From Chitinophagales bacterium (GTDB lineage: Bacteria; Bacteroidota; Bacteroidia; Chitinophagales; CAIODY01), in the NCBI GenBank assembly GCA_026461075.1, contig JAPJNH010000051.1, forward strand, positions 1,816 to 65,815: a stretch of 64,000 bases of DNA. The letters run 5' to 3'. A model generated the notes under the pieces. That model had not been told where the DNA came from, searched no databases, and was given only the letters and a program-made list of their open reading frames with translations. The translations under genes were made by a program, and so were the position numbers. The stretch's first letter is position 1, and each line of letters starts with the position of its first letter. Shown here piece after piece: positions 46,817-56,833 of this stretch.

Positions 46817-47236
46817 ATGGCTGGAAAGTACACTTTCACAATGATTAAGCCGGATGCAGTTAGCAAAAACGACATCGGCGGTATTTTAGAAATGATGAAC
46901 GCTGCGGGTTTCCGTATCGTTTCTATGAAATTAACACAATTATCAGCTGCTAAAGCTGGTGAATTCTATGCTGTTCACAGCGAACGTCCTTTCTATGGCG
47001 AATTAGTAGAATTCATGTCTAGCGGTCCGATCGTTGCTGCCATCTTGGAAAAAGAAAACGCAGTAGAAGATTTCCGTAAACTAATCGGTGCTACTAACCC
47101 TGCTAACGCAGAAGAAGGTACTATCCGTAAGAAATATGCAGAATCAGTAGGCAAAAATGCTGTACACGGTTCTGACTCTGATGAGAACGCAATGATTGAA
47201 GGGAACTTCTTCTTCTCAGGACTTGAGCGTTTCTAA
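46817..47236 (+). CDS. ndk: Nucleoside-diphosphate kinase
   Basis: FTMIKPDAV...NAVHGSDS. 139 aa. Confidence 0.95.
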   Translation: MAGKYTFTMIKPDAVSKNDIGGILEMMNAAGFRIVSMKLTQLSAAKAGEFYAVHSERPFYGELVEFMSSGPIVAAILEKENAVEDFRKLIGATNPANAEEGTIRKKYAESVGKNAVHGSDSDENAMIEGNFFFSGLERF

Positions 47237-47254
47237 TTCTTAATAGAAAATAGA

Positions 47255-47290
47255 GAGAGCAAGTCTGCCCGGCAGGCTTGCTCTTTTTTT
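47255..47290 (+). terminator. Intrinsic terminator after ndk
   Basis: GAGAGCAAGTCTGCC / GGCAGGCTTGCTC stem followed by T7. Confidence 0.65.
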
Positions 47291-47292
47291 AT

Positions 47293-48648
47293 ATGAAAGC
47301 AAGCGCTAGTTATAGAAACATTTTGCAGGTAGCCCTACCAATTCTCATTGGTATGATTGCCCAAAACATACTATTGCTCACCAATACCGCCTTTTTAGGT
47401 CATACTGCTGACGCAGAGACCGGCTTGAGTGTGAGTGCAATGGGTGGCCTTTTCTATGTACTCGTATCCATGCTTTCTTTTGGTTTTGCCAATGGTGCGC
47501 AAGTATTAATTGCCCGTCGTGCTGGTGAAGGAGCAAACAAAACCATCGGCAATATTTTCTTTCACAATTTAATTATCATGTCGGTCTATGCAGCACTCGC
47601 CTTCGTGGCCTGCTTCCTCTTTGCGCCCGACATTCTACGCTGGATCATCCCTGATGAAAAGGTTTATCTGCTCAGCACCTCTTATATCAAGCACCGTTCT
47701 TACGGTTTGCTATTCACGATTTTAATCACCTGCTTCAATTCATTCTATACCGGAGTTGGACGCACTAAAGTTATTTTATTCAGTACCATTACCGCTTCGA
47801 TAGTAAATGTCGTTCTCGACTATACCCTTATCTTCGGTCATTTTGGATTCAAAGCCATGGGCACTGACGGAGCCGCGATTGCGAGCGTATTCGCCGACTT
47901 CAGCTCTTTACTAGTCTTGTTCATCAACGCAGTAGCTACGAGCGACTATCGTCATAAAATGAATTTATTCAAGCCCTTCAAAATACAATGGAATATCATT
48001 GTTTCATTGATGCGTTTATCGGCACCTTTGGTCATTCAATTCGGTATCTCTTTCGGAGCGTGGTATATGTTCTTCGCCGTGCTAGGAGCTCGTGGTGGAA
48101 CTGACTTAGCGATTTCAAATGTCTTACGTTCTATCTTATTCTTGGGAACGATTTCCTGTTGGGCAATTGCCTCAACCGCGAATAGCTTAGTCAGCAATCT
48201 AATTGGACAAGGCAAACAAGAAGAAGTGTTTGCGCTGATAAGAAAGGCCGCGACGCTTTCCTTTACGATCACAATTATTTTCGTTGGTATCATTCTACTC
48301 TTCCCGAAAACCATCATGCAAGTTTATACTAGCGATCCAGCCATTATTAATGGCAGCGTTGGTCCGATCATTTCTATGTGTATCGGAATGTGCATACTTG
48401 CGGTTGCTACCGTTTTATTTCAAAGTGTGCAAGGCACAGGTAGTACGCGTTTTAACTTGGCTGCTGAAGCCTTTGCAGTAGGTATTTACTGCTTCTATCT
48501 ATTTGGTGGTATCAAAAAGTATAACCTCTCACTTACCTATGCCTGGTGTGCGGAAATCGTCTATTGGGTAAGCCTTGGTTCGGTGTGTTTGTGGTATTTA
48601 CTCAGCAAGCGTTGGTTAACACATGCGCAAAAAATAGCATTGCGCTAA
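47293..48648 (+). CDS. MATE-family efflux transporter
   Basis: Start trimmed to ATG 47293 (MKASASYRNILQVALPIL...). 12-TM MATE pattern. Confidence 0.85.
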   Translation: MKASASYRNILQVALPILIGMIAQNILLLTNTAFLGHTADAETGLSVSAMGGLFYVLVSMLSFGFANGAQVLIARRAGEGANKTIGNIFFHNLIIMSVYAALAFVACFLFAPDILRWIIPDEKVYLLSTSYIKHRSYGLLFTILITCFNSFYTGVGRTKVILFSTITASIVNVVLDYTLIFGHFGFKAMGTDGAAIASVFADFSSLLVLFINAVATSDYRHKMNLFKPFKIQWNIIVSLMRLSAPLVIQFGISFGAWYMFFAVLGARGGTDLAISNVLRSILFLGTISCWAIASTANSLVSNLIGQGKQEEVFALIRKAATLSFTITIIFVGIILLFPKTIMQVYTSDPAIINGSVGPIISMCIGMCILAVATVLFQSVQGTGSTRFNLAAEAFAVGIYCFYLFGGIKKYNLSLTYAWCAEIVYWVSLGSVCLWYLLSKRWLTHAQKIALR

Positions 48649-48670
48649 ATTTCTGCTTATTTTTGATCAG

Positions 48671-50584
48671 ATGATAAACGATCCATTACTTCACACCTTA
48701 GAACAGTATTGGGGCTATAAAGATTTTCGTGCCGGACAAAGAGCTATTATCGAAGCCGCTATAAAGGGGCAAGATGTATTAGCACTATTGCCTACCGGAG
48801 GCGGAAAATCGATATGCTTCCAAGTGCCTGGTTTATTACGGGACGGGATTTGTTTGGTCATCACTCCCCTTGTCGCTTTGATGAAAGATCAGGTGGAGCA
48901 GTTAAAAAAACGAGGGATTGCTGCCGAAGCAATTTATGCCGGCATGTCGCATCGCGATATCGATCGAATTTTAGATAACGCGGTATTTGGCGGTATGAAG
49001 TTTTTATACTTATCGCCAGAACGCTTACAGACTGAGCTATTCAAAGCACGATTCGACAAAATGCCTATCGGACTGATTGCCATTGACGAGGCGCATTGCG
49101 TCACGCATTGGGGCTATGATTTCCGTCCGCCTTATTTACAAATAGCTGAACTACGCAACATAAAACCGGATGTTCCTTTCCTTGCTGTAACCGCTACAGC
49201 GACAGAGGAGGCTCGAAAGGATATCATCCATAAGTTACAACTCAAGAATCCATTTTTCTTCGTTAAAAGCTTTGAACGCAGCAACCTGGTTTACTCTATT
49301 GTGGAGGATGCGCAGAAAATGGATCGACTGATAAAGATTGTTCGCTTTGTTACAGGAAGTGGGATTGTTTATGTCCGAACAAGGAAGGAGGCACGCGATG
49401 TATGTGAGTGGCTCGACCATCATCATATTGCGGCAGATTATTATCACGCGGGATTGCCTATCGGAGAACGTTTCAAAAGACAGCAAGCCTGGATTGAAGG
49501 ACGTACGCGTATCATGGTAGCGACCAACGCCTTCGGTATGGGCATCGACAAGCCGGATGTGCGTTTAGTGGTGCATATGATGATGCCGGATGCTCCAGAG
49601 GCATATTATCAAGAAGCCGGAAGAGCAGGCAGAGACAATCTTTTAGCCTACGCGATCTTATTAAAAGGACCGCATGATATTGAAGCTATCAAAGATTGGC
49701 ATGCGCATAAATTCCCAAGCATTGCGACTGTGCGAACGGTATACGATGCCTTAGCTAACTATTGGCAAATTGCCTTAGGGGATGCGTTTGAAGAAAGCTA
49801 TGCATTCGACCTAGCCGATTTTTGTAAGAAGTTTGAGCAAAATGCGGCTGACGTTAATTATGCATTGTTGACACTAGCGCGAGAAGGGCTTATCAGCTTT
49901 ACAGAGGGGGTTTTCAAATCAAGCAAAATTCGATTTACCATGAATCGAAATGATTTGTATCGTTTCGAGGTAGAGAATAGGAGTTTAGAACCTTTGCTTA
50001 AAACCATGCTTAGAACTTACAGTTTAGGTAGCGGAGATTGGGTGAATATCAGCGAGGCACGCTTGGCGCATTCCATGAACGGCAATACATCGGCTGTTAA
50101 AGACGGACTAGATCGATTGGATCAACTTCAAGTAATAGAATATTCTCCAGGAACAAGCAATCCGCAAGTAACCTTTCTGCACAGAAGATGTTATGGCAAG
50201 GATTTGACCTTCGACATGAAGCGCTTGCACCAATTAGAACAGCAGGCTTTGTTAAGAATGCAGGCGATGATTGCTTATACAGAAACGGATACCTGCCGAA
50301 GCAAATTATTACTTGCCTATTTTGGAGAGATACAACAACAAGATTGCGGACAATGTGATGTGTGTAGAAAAAAAATGAAGTCGACCCAAAGTGAAATGGC
50401 ATGGCAACAACAAGTGAATGCGTTCATTGAGAATTGGGACAGCCCCGAAGCCATTACCTGGCCAGAATTTGAGCAAGCCTTTCCTAACGTAGACGAGAGT
50501 GAGCTCGTTCAATATATCCATTGGCTTTGTCGCGAAAACAAACTACAGGAAGAGGAAGAAGGCTGGAGAAAGTTGGCCTTTTAA
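48671..50584 (+). CDS. recQ: RecQ-family ATP-dependent DNA helicase
   Basis: PTGGGKS, DEAHC, the Zn-binding CGQCDVC, and RecQ helicase motifs. 637 aa. A TAttTTTG box at 48658-48665 sits 5 nt from the ATG. Confidence 0.85.
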   Translation: MINDPLLHTLEQYWGYKDFRAGQRAIIEAAIKGQDVLALLPTGGGKSICFQVPGLLRDGICLVITPLVALMKDQVEQLKKRGIAAEAIYAGMSHRDIDRILDNAVFGGMKFLYLSPERLQTELFKARFDKMPIGLIAIDEAHCVTHWGYDFRPPYLQIAELRNIKPDVPFLAVTATATEEARKDIIHKLQLKNPFFFVKSFERSNLVYSIVEDAQKMDRLIKIVRFVTGSGIVYVRTRKEARDVCEWLDHHHIAADYYHAGLPIGERFKRQQAWIEGRTRIMVATNAFGMGIDKPDVRLVVHMMMPDAPEAYYQEAGRAGRDNLLAYAILLKGPHDIEAIKDWHAHKFPSIATVRTVYDALANYWQIALGDAFEESYAFDLADFCKKFEQNAADVNYALLTLAREGLISFTEGVFKSSKIRFTMNRNDLYRFEVENRSLEPLLKTMLRTYSLGSGDWVNISEARLAHSMNGNTSAVKDGLDRLDQLQVIEYSPGTSNPQVTFLHRRCYGKDLTFDMKRLHQLEQQALLRMQAMIAYTETDTCRSKLLLAYFGEIQQQDCGQCDVCRKKMKSTQSEMAWQQQVNAFIENWDSPEAITWPEFEQAFPNVDESELVQYIHWLCRENKLQEEEEGWRKLAF

Positions 50585-50626
50585 TGGAATTTATTAATTG
50601 ACTGTGATTTATTGGAACAAATTCCT

Positions 50627-50634
50627 TACCTTTG
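50627..50634 (+). promoter_or_regulatory. -7 box TAccTTTG for the SRP RNA gene
   Basis: Exact TAnnTTTG match. There are 4 nt between its G and the first nucleotide of the SRP RNA closing helix. Confidence 0.55.
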
Positions 50635-50638
50635 CAAC

Positions 50639-50731
50639 GGCAAGTCCTATACGACCAGCTCCTGTTGACTCCCCCAGGGTAGGAATACAGCAAGGGTAGA
50701 TGGTTGAGCGGTGCGATATAGTCAACTTGCC
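50639..50731 (+). ncRNA. ffs: Signal recognition particle RNA (4.5S / small SRP RNA)
   Basis: The closing helix GGCAAGU (50639-50645) pairs with ACUUGCC (50725-50731). The core CUGUUGACUCCCCCAGGGUAGGAAUACAGCAAGGGUAGAUGG parallels the E. coli 4.5S domain IV (CUGUUUACCAGGUCAGGUCCGGAAGGAAGCAGCCAAGGCAGAUGA). A T7 run follows. The overlapping minus-strand ORF 50484..50693 is spurious. Confidence 0.75.
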
Positions 50732-50767
50732 ATTTTTTTCTTTGAATTAACTTAGTAGAATAGCAAA

Positions 50768-50800
50768 GGGACGTCTTTTACGACGTCCTTTTGTGTTTTA
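50768..50800 (+). terminator. Intrinsic terminator-like hairpin downstream of ffs
   Basis: GGACGTC-ttttac-GACGTCC then TTTTGTGTTTT. It covers the GTG 50793 used by the ORF track. Confidence 0.5.
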
Positions 50801-50822
50801 CAACACACATAAAACAAAACCT

Positions 50823-51485
50823 ATGAAATTCTTCATTGACACAGCAAACCTAGCACAGATTCAAGAAGCCTTCGATATGGGCATTTTGGACGGCGTTACT
50901 ACAAACCCTTCATTAATGGCAAAAGAAGGTATCTCTGGCGAACAGAATATCCTTGACCATTATGTAAAGATTTGCAAATTGGTTCACGGACCGGTTTCTG
51001 CAGAGGTAATCTCTACCGACTATGAAGGAATGATTAAAGAAGGTAAAGCTTTAGCTCGTCTTCATGAAAATATCGTAGTGAAAGTGCCAATGACCGGAGA
51101 CGGTATCAAAGCCATTAAGTACTTCACTTCACAAGGCATTAAAACCAATTGTACTTTAGTATTCAGTGCTGGTCAGGCAATTTTAGCTGCCAAAGCTGGT
51201 GCTACTTATTTAAGTCCGTTTGTGGGTCGTGTGGATGATATCAACTGGGATGGGGTTCAATTAATCCAACAGATCGTTCATATTTATGCGATGTACGGCT
51301 ACCAAACACAAGTATTGGCGGCTTCGATTCGCACACCGCTTCACATTGTTAAATGTGCAGAGGTAGGTGCGCATGTGGTTACCGCTCCTCTTTCTGCGAT
51401 TAGCGGTTTGTTGAAGCACCCATTGACAGATATCGGTTTGGCGCAATTCTTGGCGGATCACGCTAAGGCAGCACAAGCAAAATAA
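50823..51485 (+). CDS. fsa: Fructose-6-phosphate aldolase / short-type transaldolase
   Basis: Start trimmed to [13 protein letters not shown]...GVTTNPSL...VKVP...TLVFS...SPFVGR. Confidence 0.85.
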   Translation: MKFFIDTANLAQIQEAFDMGILDGVTTNPSLMAKEGISGEQNILDHYVKICKLVHGPVSAEVISTDYEGMIKEGKALARLHENIVVKVPMTGDGIKAIKYFTSQGIKTNCTLVFSAGQAILAAKAGATYLSPFVGRVDDINWDGVQLIQQIVHIYAMYGYQTQVLAASIRTPLHIVKCAEVGAHVVTAPLSAISGLLKHPLTDIGLAQFLADHAKAAQAK

Positions 51486-51505
51486 AAAATTCGTATATTC
51501 AGACT

Positions 51506-51886
51506 ATGAAAAAGACGATTCATTTCTCCTTTGCGATTTTATTTGCTGCCATGACATTAATCGCATGTTCTAAAAACCCCGAGAAGGTATTACCTTCTAA
51601 AGGCGGTATTTGGAACTATGATGAAACAACGACGGTATTAAGCACTTCTACATCAGCAAGTGGAACGGCAACATTCGATAAAGAAACCGTTACTTTTCAA
51701 AATGGCAGTGGCTCTAAGAAGTATACTTGGACCTACGACTCCGATAATGAGCGTATCACTATCACTTCTACCACAAGCGCAGCAGCCTTGACCTTCATCG
51801 TTTCCGAGGCTACTAGAAGCAGTGAAACATGGACTTATACCGATAAGACGTCAGGATTCACTATTGTTCGTCATTTGAAGCGCTAA
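51506..51886 (+). CDS. Small lipoprotein, lipocalin-like, unknown function
   Basis: Signal/lipobox MKKTIHFSFAILFAAMTLIAC and a Thr/Ser-rich beta-type sequence. Confidence 0.55.
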   Translation: MKKTIHFSFAILFAAMTLIACSKNPEKVLPSKGGIWNYDETTTVLSTSTSASGTATFDKETVTFQNGSGSKKYTWTYDSDNERITITSTTSAAALTFIVSEATRSSETWTYTDKTSGFTIVRHLKR

Positions 51887-51903
51887 TTCATTTAAACTAA
51901 CGC

Positions 51904-51932
51904 AAAAAAGTCCCGATTTTCGGGACTTTTTT
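51904..51932 (+). terminator. Intrinsic terminator
   Basis: A6-GTCCCG-atttt-CGGGAC-T6. Confidence 0.75.
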
Positions 51933-52018
51933 ATTTTCAAAATATCGTTTTACACCATTTGTGCATAAATAATGGATGTTCTTTAGCGCTGAAATTAAGC
52001 ATTAACGAAACAAGGAAT

Positions 52019-52026
52019 TAACTTTG
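52019..52026 (+). promoter_or_regulatory. -7 box TAacTTTG for prs
   Basis: Exact TAnnTTTG match, giving a ~19-nt leader. Confidence 0.45.
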
Positions 52027-52049
52027 CGGCAACAAGCATTTCACCAATC

Positions 52050-52991
52050 ATGAGTAGACAAGTAAAAATCTTTTCCGGCCGTAATTTTCAATATTTGAGC
52101 CGTGACATCGCCCGTGAATACGGCATCGAATTATCCGCTATCAATACGCAACAGTTTAGCGATGGCGAAATTCAACCAGAAATTCAAGAATCTGTTCGTG
52201 GTGAATATGTATTCATCATCGCTTCTACGAATGCGCCTGCAGAGAATTTAATGAAACTTCTATTGGTGATTGATGCGGCACGTCGTGCGTCTGCTCACTA
52301 TATCACGGTGGTTATTCCTTATTACGGATATGCTCGACAAGATCGTAAAGACCGTCCGCGTGTTGCAATCGGCTCGAAATTAGTAGCGAATTTGATTACG
52401 GCTGCTGGTGCGAACCGCGTAGTGACGATGGACTTGCACGCTCCACAAATTCAAGGATTCTTCGACATCCCAGTGGATCACTTGGATGCTTCTTATATCT
52501 TCATTCCATATCTTAAAACATTAGGGTTGGATGAGAACATTTGTTTCGCATCTCCTGACGTTGGAAGCACAAATCGTGCACGTACCTATGCGAAGTATTT
52601 TAACGGAGACATGGTTATTTGCGATAAGCAAAGAAAGCGTGCGAACGAAATCGCTGGCATGACCGTTATTGGTGATGTTGCAGGTAAGGATATTATTTTA
52701 GTGGATGATATCGTTGATACTGCTCGTACTTTATCGAATGCAGCTAAGTTATTGATGGAGAAAGGAGCAAAGAGCGTTCGCGCGGTTTGTACGCATCCTG
52801 TATTGAGTGGTGAAGCAATTGACACAGTCGAAAAATCTGTTTTGACAGAATTGGTTGTTTGCGACACAATTCCTTATACACGTAAATCAGATAAGATCAA
52901 GCGTCTACCTACTGCTCATTTGTTTGCAACAGCCATTCGTAATGTGCATGAAAACGCTTCGATCACTTCCCTCTTTATCGCTCCGAAGTAA
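52050..52991 (+). CDS. prs: Ribose-phosphate pyrophosphokinase
   Basis: YARQDRK, DLHAPQIQGFF, and the PRPP-binding ILVDDIVDTARTL. Confidence 0.95.
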   Translation: MSRQVKIFSGRNFQYLSRDIAREYGIELSAINTQQFSDGEIQPEIQESVRGEYVFIIASTNAPAENLMKLLLVIDAARRASAHYITVVIPYYGYARQDRKDRPRVAIGSKLVANLITAAGANRVVTMDLHAPQIQGFFDIPVDHLDASYIFIPYLKTLGLDENICFASPDVGSTNRARTYAKYFNGDMVICDKQRKRANEIAGMTVIGDVAGKDIILVDDIVDTARTLSNAAKLLMEKGAKSVRAVCTHPVLSGEAIDTVEKSVLTELVVCDTIPYTRKSDKIKRLPTAHLFATAIRNVHENASITSLFIAPK

Positions 52992-53004
52992 TTCGATTTA
53001 GCTT

Positions 53005-53931
53005 TTATTGTTTTTCCTTCAAAATATGACGCAAATTGCGTTGTAGACCATTCCATTTGCTTCGCTTGATGGGTGAATGTTTGAATAAAGTAGTAAAACT
53101 TTCTTCAGATAAAGCTTCCCAATCGGCTTTGGTCCATTCGTTAATCGTATTTAGTGGAAGAAAAGAAGGCTCTTGATGTTGTTTGGCAAAACGATTCCAA
53201 GGGCAGACATCATTGCAGACATCACAACCAAACACCCAGCTATCGTAAGCCGGCGCATTTGTGGGCATTTCTCCTTTCAACTCTATGGATAAATAGGAAA
53301 TGCATTTGCGTGCGTCGACCACTTTCGGTGAAACAATTGCGTCTGTCGGACAGGCGTCTATACAGCGCTGACAAGAGCCGCAATAATCTTTGGCTAATGG
53401 ATTGTCGTAACGAAGTTCAATATCTAAAATTATAACCGCAAGAAAGTAGTTGGAGCCCGCTTTAGGATGTATGAGCATACTGTTCTTCCCTACCCATCCC
53501 AATCCGCTATTACGCGCCCAGGCACGTTCTAATACAGGTGCAGAATCTACAAACGAACGATGCTCGAACATTCCCCATTCTGCCTGCATCGTGGTAATCA
53601 ATGCTCGCATTTTCTCTTTGATTACCTCATGATAATCTAAACCGAAGGCATAACGTGAACTTTTTATTTCTGTTTGCGCAGAAGCTTGATAGTAATTTTT
53701 CATCAAGGTGATTACCGACTTTGCACCAGGTACGAGTTGTCTTGGATCGAGGCGTTTATCGATATTCCGCTCCATGTAGGACATTTCTCCATGGAAAGAA
53801 TTACAGAGCCAATTTTCCAGATGTGGCGCTTCTTCTTCTAAAAAACGTGCAGCGCTTATACCACAATAATCGAATCCCGAATTGGTGACCAAGTTTTTAA
53901 TCCAATGACTTTTATCTTCGGGACTTAGCAT
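53005..53931 (-). CDS. queG: Epoxyqueuosine reductase
   Basis: Two 4Fe-4S ferredoxin motifs (CGSCQRCIDACP, CDVCNDVCP) in a QueG-type context. Confidence 0.85.
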   Translation of the reverse strand: MLSPEDKSHWIKNLVTNSGFDYCGISAARFLEEEAPHLENWLCNSFHGEMSYMERNIDKRLDPRQLVPGAKSVITLMKNYYQASAQTEIKSSRYAFGLDYHEVIKEKMRALITTMQAEWGMFEHRSFVDSAPVLERAWARNSGLGWVGKNSMLIHPKAGSNYFLAVIILDIELRYDNPLAKDYCGSCQRCIDACPTDAIVSPKVVDARKCISYLSIELKGEMPTNAPAYDSWVFGCDVCNDVCPWNRFAKQHQEPSFLPLNTINEWTKADWEALSEESFTTLFKHSPIKRSKWNGLQRNLRHILKEKQ

Positions 53932-54063
53932 AGTTTAAATGGCTTGAAAAAAAGTAAAAATAAATTTGGAATAGGTACTAGTCCACATTATCTTTACGTC
54001 AGTTTTCATAGTTTTAAATTTTAAGGTTAAAAAGGGGGATGAGCAATCATTCCCTTTTTTATT

Positions 54064-54846
54064 TTATTTACCCTTAAAAATCGGTGCACGTTTTTCTACG
54101 AATGCAGCCATCCCTTCCTTCTGATCTTCACCAGCAAATAGCAAGTAGAAATTTTTACGTTCGAAAACTAAACCTTCGTCTAAGCTTCCATTATAGGCTT
54201 GTAAAACACTCTCCTTCGCCAAACGCACTGCTACAGGAGATTGTGCAGCAATTTCTTTAGCCAACTTTAATGCTTCATTCATATATATTTCGACTGGCAC
54301 AACACGATTAATCAAACCAGCAGCCAAGGCTTCATCGGCAGAAATAAACTTACCGGTTAAAACCATTTCCATCGCCAATGCTTTGCCGACAGCGCGCGTT
54401 AGACGTTGCGTGCCACCAGCGCCAGGCATTACACCGATTTTAATTTCAGGCTGACCAAACTTCGCTGTTTCAGAAGCAACAATCATATCGCAGGTCATGC
54501 ATAACTCACAACCACCGCCAAGCGCAAAACCACTTACCGCAGCGATAATTGGCTTCTTCGTTTTTTTAATGGAATCCCACGTAGTGAATTGATCGATGTT
54601 TAACATATCAATTGCTGACTTGCCCGCCATTTGCTTGATATCGGCACCTGCAGCAAACGCACGCTCATTTCCTGTAATGATAATCGCACGGACCTCTTCG
54701 TTTGCATCTAACTCACGCAAGGCGTCTTTAAGTTCTAACATCAACTGAAGATTCAACGCATTTAATTCTTTAGGACGATTCAATTGAATCAAAGCGACGT
54801 GTGTATCGTAGTTTGGGGTAACGAGGATAAATTCCGGAGTTTGCAT
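54064..54846 (-). CDS. Enoyl-CoA hydratase (crotonase family)
   Basis: FAAGADI, GFALGGGCEL, and FxEKR-like FVEKRAPIFKGK. 260 aa. Confidence 0.85.
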   Translation of the reverse strand: MQTPEFILVTPNYDTHVALIQLNRPKELNALNLQLMLELKDALRELDANEEVRAIIITGNERAFAAGADIKQMAGKSAIDMLNIDQFTTWDSIKKTKKPIIAAVSGFALGGGCELCMTCDMIVASETAKFGQPEIKIGVMPGAGGTQRLTRAVGKALAMEMVLTGKFISADEALAAGLINRVVPVEIYMNEALKLAKEIAAQSPVAVRLAKESVLQAYNGSLDEGLVFERKNFYLLFAGEDQKEGMAAFVEKRAPIFKGK

Positions 54847-54880
54847 GGTAAATTATTTTTGATTGAAATTATTTTAAGTG

Positions 54881-55597
54881 TTAAGCTACTAATGCGGCGG
54901 CTAAGAATCCGAATACCAAAGGTAATATACGATCCAAATTAAGCTGGTGTTGTTTATTAGCACTTTCATAGAGAATGCTTGTAGCAATCTGTAAAAGACT
55001 ACCCGCTACTAATGGAAAGAACACTTGTAAAAACACCGAGTGATCCAATCCTATTCCATGAAAGAAAGCAATTGACAAAGGCGTTAAGGCTGAGAAAGCT
55101 AGTACCCAAGCCCATCTGAATGATTTGCGTGCCACTGAATGCGAAAGCATACAAGCTAAGGCGAATGCTTCTGGTAATTTGTGAATGGCAATACCAAAGA
55201 TCAACCCAAGAAAATCTGGTTGGCTCATTTTGGAATCCATCAATGGAAGACCTTCTGTAAGTGCGTGTAAGGAAAGGCCTAAGGCGATAATCATCCATTC
55301 TTTTGATGGAAGATGATCATGATGATGTGCATGCCCATGTTCTAATCCGTGCGAATAACGTTGTAATATAAACTGAATTAAAAAGCCCAGTAAAAACCAT
55401 AACATCGCCTTATGACCACCATACGTTTCCATCGCATGCGGTACCATGTGTAATAAAACAAAGGCGAACAAATAAGCCCCTGTGAATGACAAGACAATCT
55501 GTACCCACGATTGCTTGTTGTGCGGCACTAAAAAACTGAGTGCTCCGCCAAAGAGACCTGCTAAAAACAAAACTAGAATTGGAATGTAAATCGACAT
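54881..55597 (-). CDS. ZIP-family metal (zinc/iron) transporter
   Basis: Polytopic membrane protein with the His-rich loop HGLEHGHAHHHDH and the HKLPEAFA motif. Confidence 0.8.
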   Translation of the reverse strand: MSIYIPILVLFLAGLFGGALSFLVPHNKQSWVQIVLSFTGAYLFAFVLLHMVPHAMETYGGHKAMLWFLLGFLIQFILQRYSHGLEHGHAHHHDHLPSKEWMIIALGLSLHALTEGLPLMDSKMSQPDFLGLIFGIAIHKLPEAFALACMLSHSVARKSFRWAWVLAFSALTPLSIAFFHGIGLDHSVFLQVFFPLVAGSLLQIATSILYESANKQHQLNLDRILPLVFGFLAAALVA

Positions 55598-55603
55598 TTT
55601 ATA

Positions 55604-56833
55604 TTAGCAGTTATGTTTATTTAAAAATTCGTAGAAGTCGCTCGCTAGTTTATCTCGTTCAAAATTCTCTGCGACATAGCGGAAGCCATTTTCCCCTAAC
55701 TCACGTTGCAAATCAGGTTGAGAAGCTACCCTCACGACAGCGTCTGACAATGCTTGCGCGTTTTCAGGTTCAAAGAAAACACCCGCCTTCCCGTCTTCGA
55801 TAAATAATTCGCGCGCTTCTCCATCAACCCCAAGAATAATCGGTTTCTTCATGGAGAGATTTTCGAAAATCTTCGAAGGAATGGCACCTAAGAACAAATC
55901 GAGCTTGCGTAATGGAATAACCGTTGCATTCATGGCCGCCACTATTTCAGGCATTTTCGATTTAGGCTGTACGCCAATAAAATCTACATTATTCAATTGC
56001 AAGCGCTCTTTTTCACTCCATAGAAAATCTTTTTCTGGTCCGCTTCCCATTAGGATGAAACGTATATGCGAATACTCTTTGAGCAAGGCTGCCGCTTCTA
56101 AAATGGTTTCTAATTTTTGCGCATGCCCTAAAATCCCTGCGTACAAAAACAATTGCTGATCAGCTTGATAGCCGTTTTCTTGACGCCATTGACTATTCTT
56201 CAAAGCTGCTGCATCAAAGAAGTTCATATCCACCCCATTCTTCAACCAATACACTTCTTTCTGCGGAAAGCGTGTTTTAATATTTCGAACGATTCCTTGG
56301 GTCTGACCAGTTATTAAAACCGACTTGCGATACAAATACTCTTCTAAAATCGTGGCCCAATGTAAGAACCGTTTGTTCGTGACTAAACCGAGTTTTTCGG
56401 CGCTTTCAGGCCACAGATCGCTCACGTTAAATATCATCTTTGCGCGCTTTTGCATAGCGAGTAAACGCGCTGTAATTCCCAAAAACAAGGGAGGTGATTC
56501 CACCATTAGAAAATCGTATTTCCCTTTGATGAATAAACCGAAAAACAAAGAGCTAAAGACAAAAGAAAAATAATTTAGCAGACGAAAAGGAATAGATTTC
56601 TTTTTGCTGACAAAGATCCATGAGCGAAAGACTTTCAGCCCTTGCATTTCTTCCTTCAGATAAATCTTGCCTTTAAACTCCGGATGTATTTCCATGGCCG
56701 GATAATTCGGCATAGCAGTTAATACATCCACTTGAGCTCCCTTTTTCTGCAGACGTATCGCCAACTCAAACAATCTATTTTGAGGCGCTCCTACTTCTGG
56801 AGGAAAATATTGGGTGAGCAGTAAAATCTTCAT
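55604..56833 (-). CDS. GT4 glycosyltransferase (WbuB/WcaI-like)
   Basis: MKILLLTQYFPPEVGAPQNR N-terminus typical of WbuB/WcaI, with a GT1-type C-terminal domain. Confidence 0.8.
   Translation of the reverse strand: MKILLLTQYFPPEVGAPQNRLFELAIRLQKKGAQVDVLTAMPNYPAMEIHPEFKGKIYLKEEMQGLKVFRSWIFVSKKKSIPFRLLNYFSFVFSSLFFGLFIKGKYDFLMVESPPLFLGITARLLAMQKRAKMIFNVSDLWPESAEKLGLVTNKRFLHWATILEEYLYRKSVLITGQTQGIVRNIKTRFPQKEVYWLKNGVDMNFFDAAALKNSQWRQENGYQADQQLFLYAGILGHAQKLETILEAAALLKEYSHIRFILMGSGPEKDFLWSEKERLQLNNVDFIGVQPKSKMPEIVAAMNATVIPLRKLDLFLGAIPSKIFENLSMKKPIILGVDGEARELFIEDGKAGVFFEPENAQALSDAVVRVASQPDLQRELGENGFRYVAENFERDKLASDFYEFLNKHNC

Noticed and set aside
50484-50693. 69-aa minus-strand ORF spanning the recQ 3' end and the downstream intergenic region.
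   Set aside because: It overlaps the recQ CDS and the SRP RNA gene, which is well supported by structure and its promoter.
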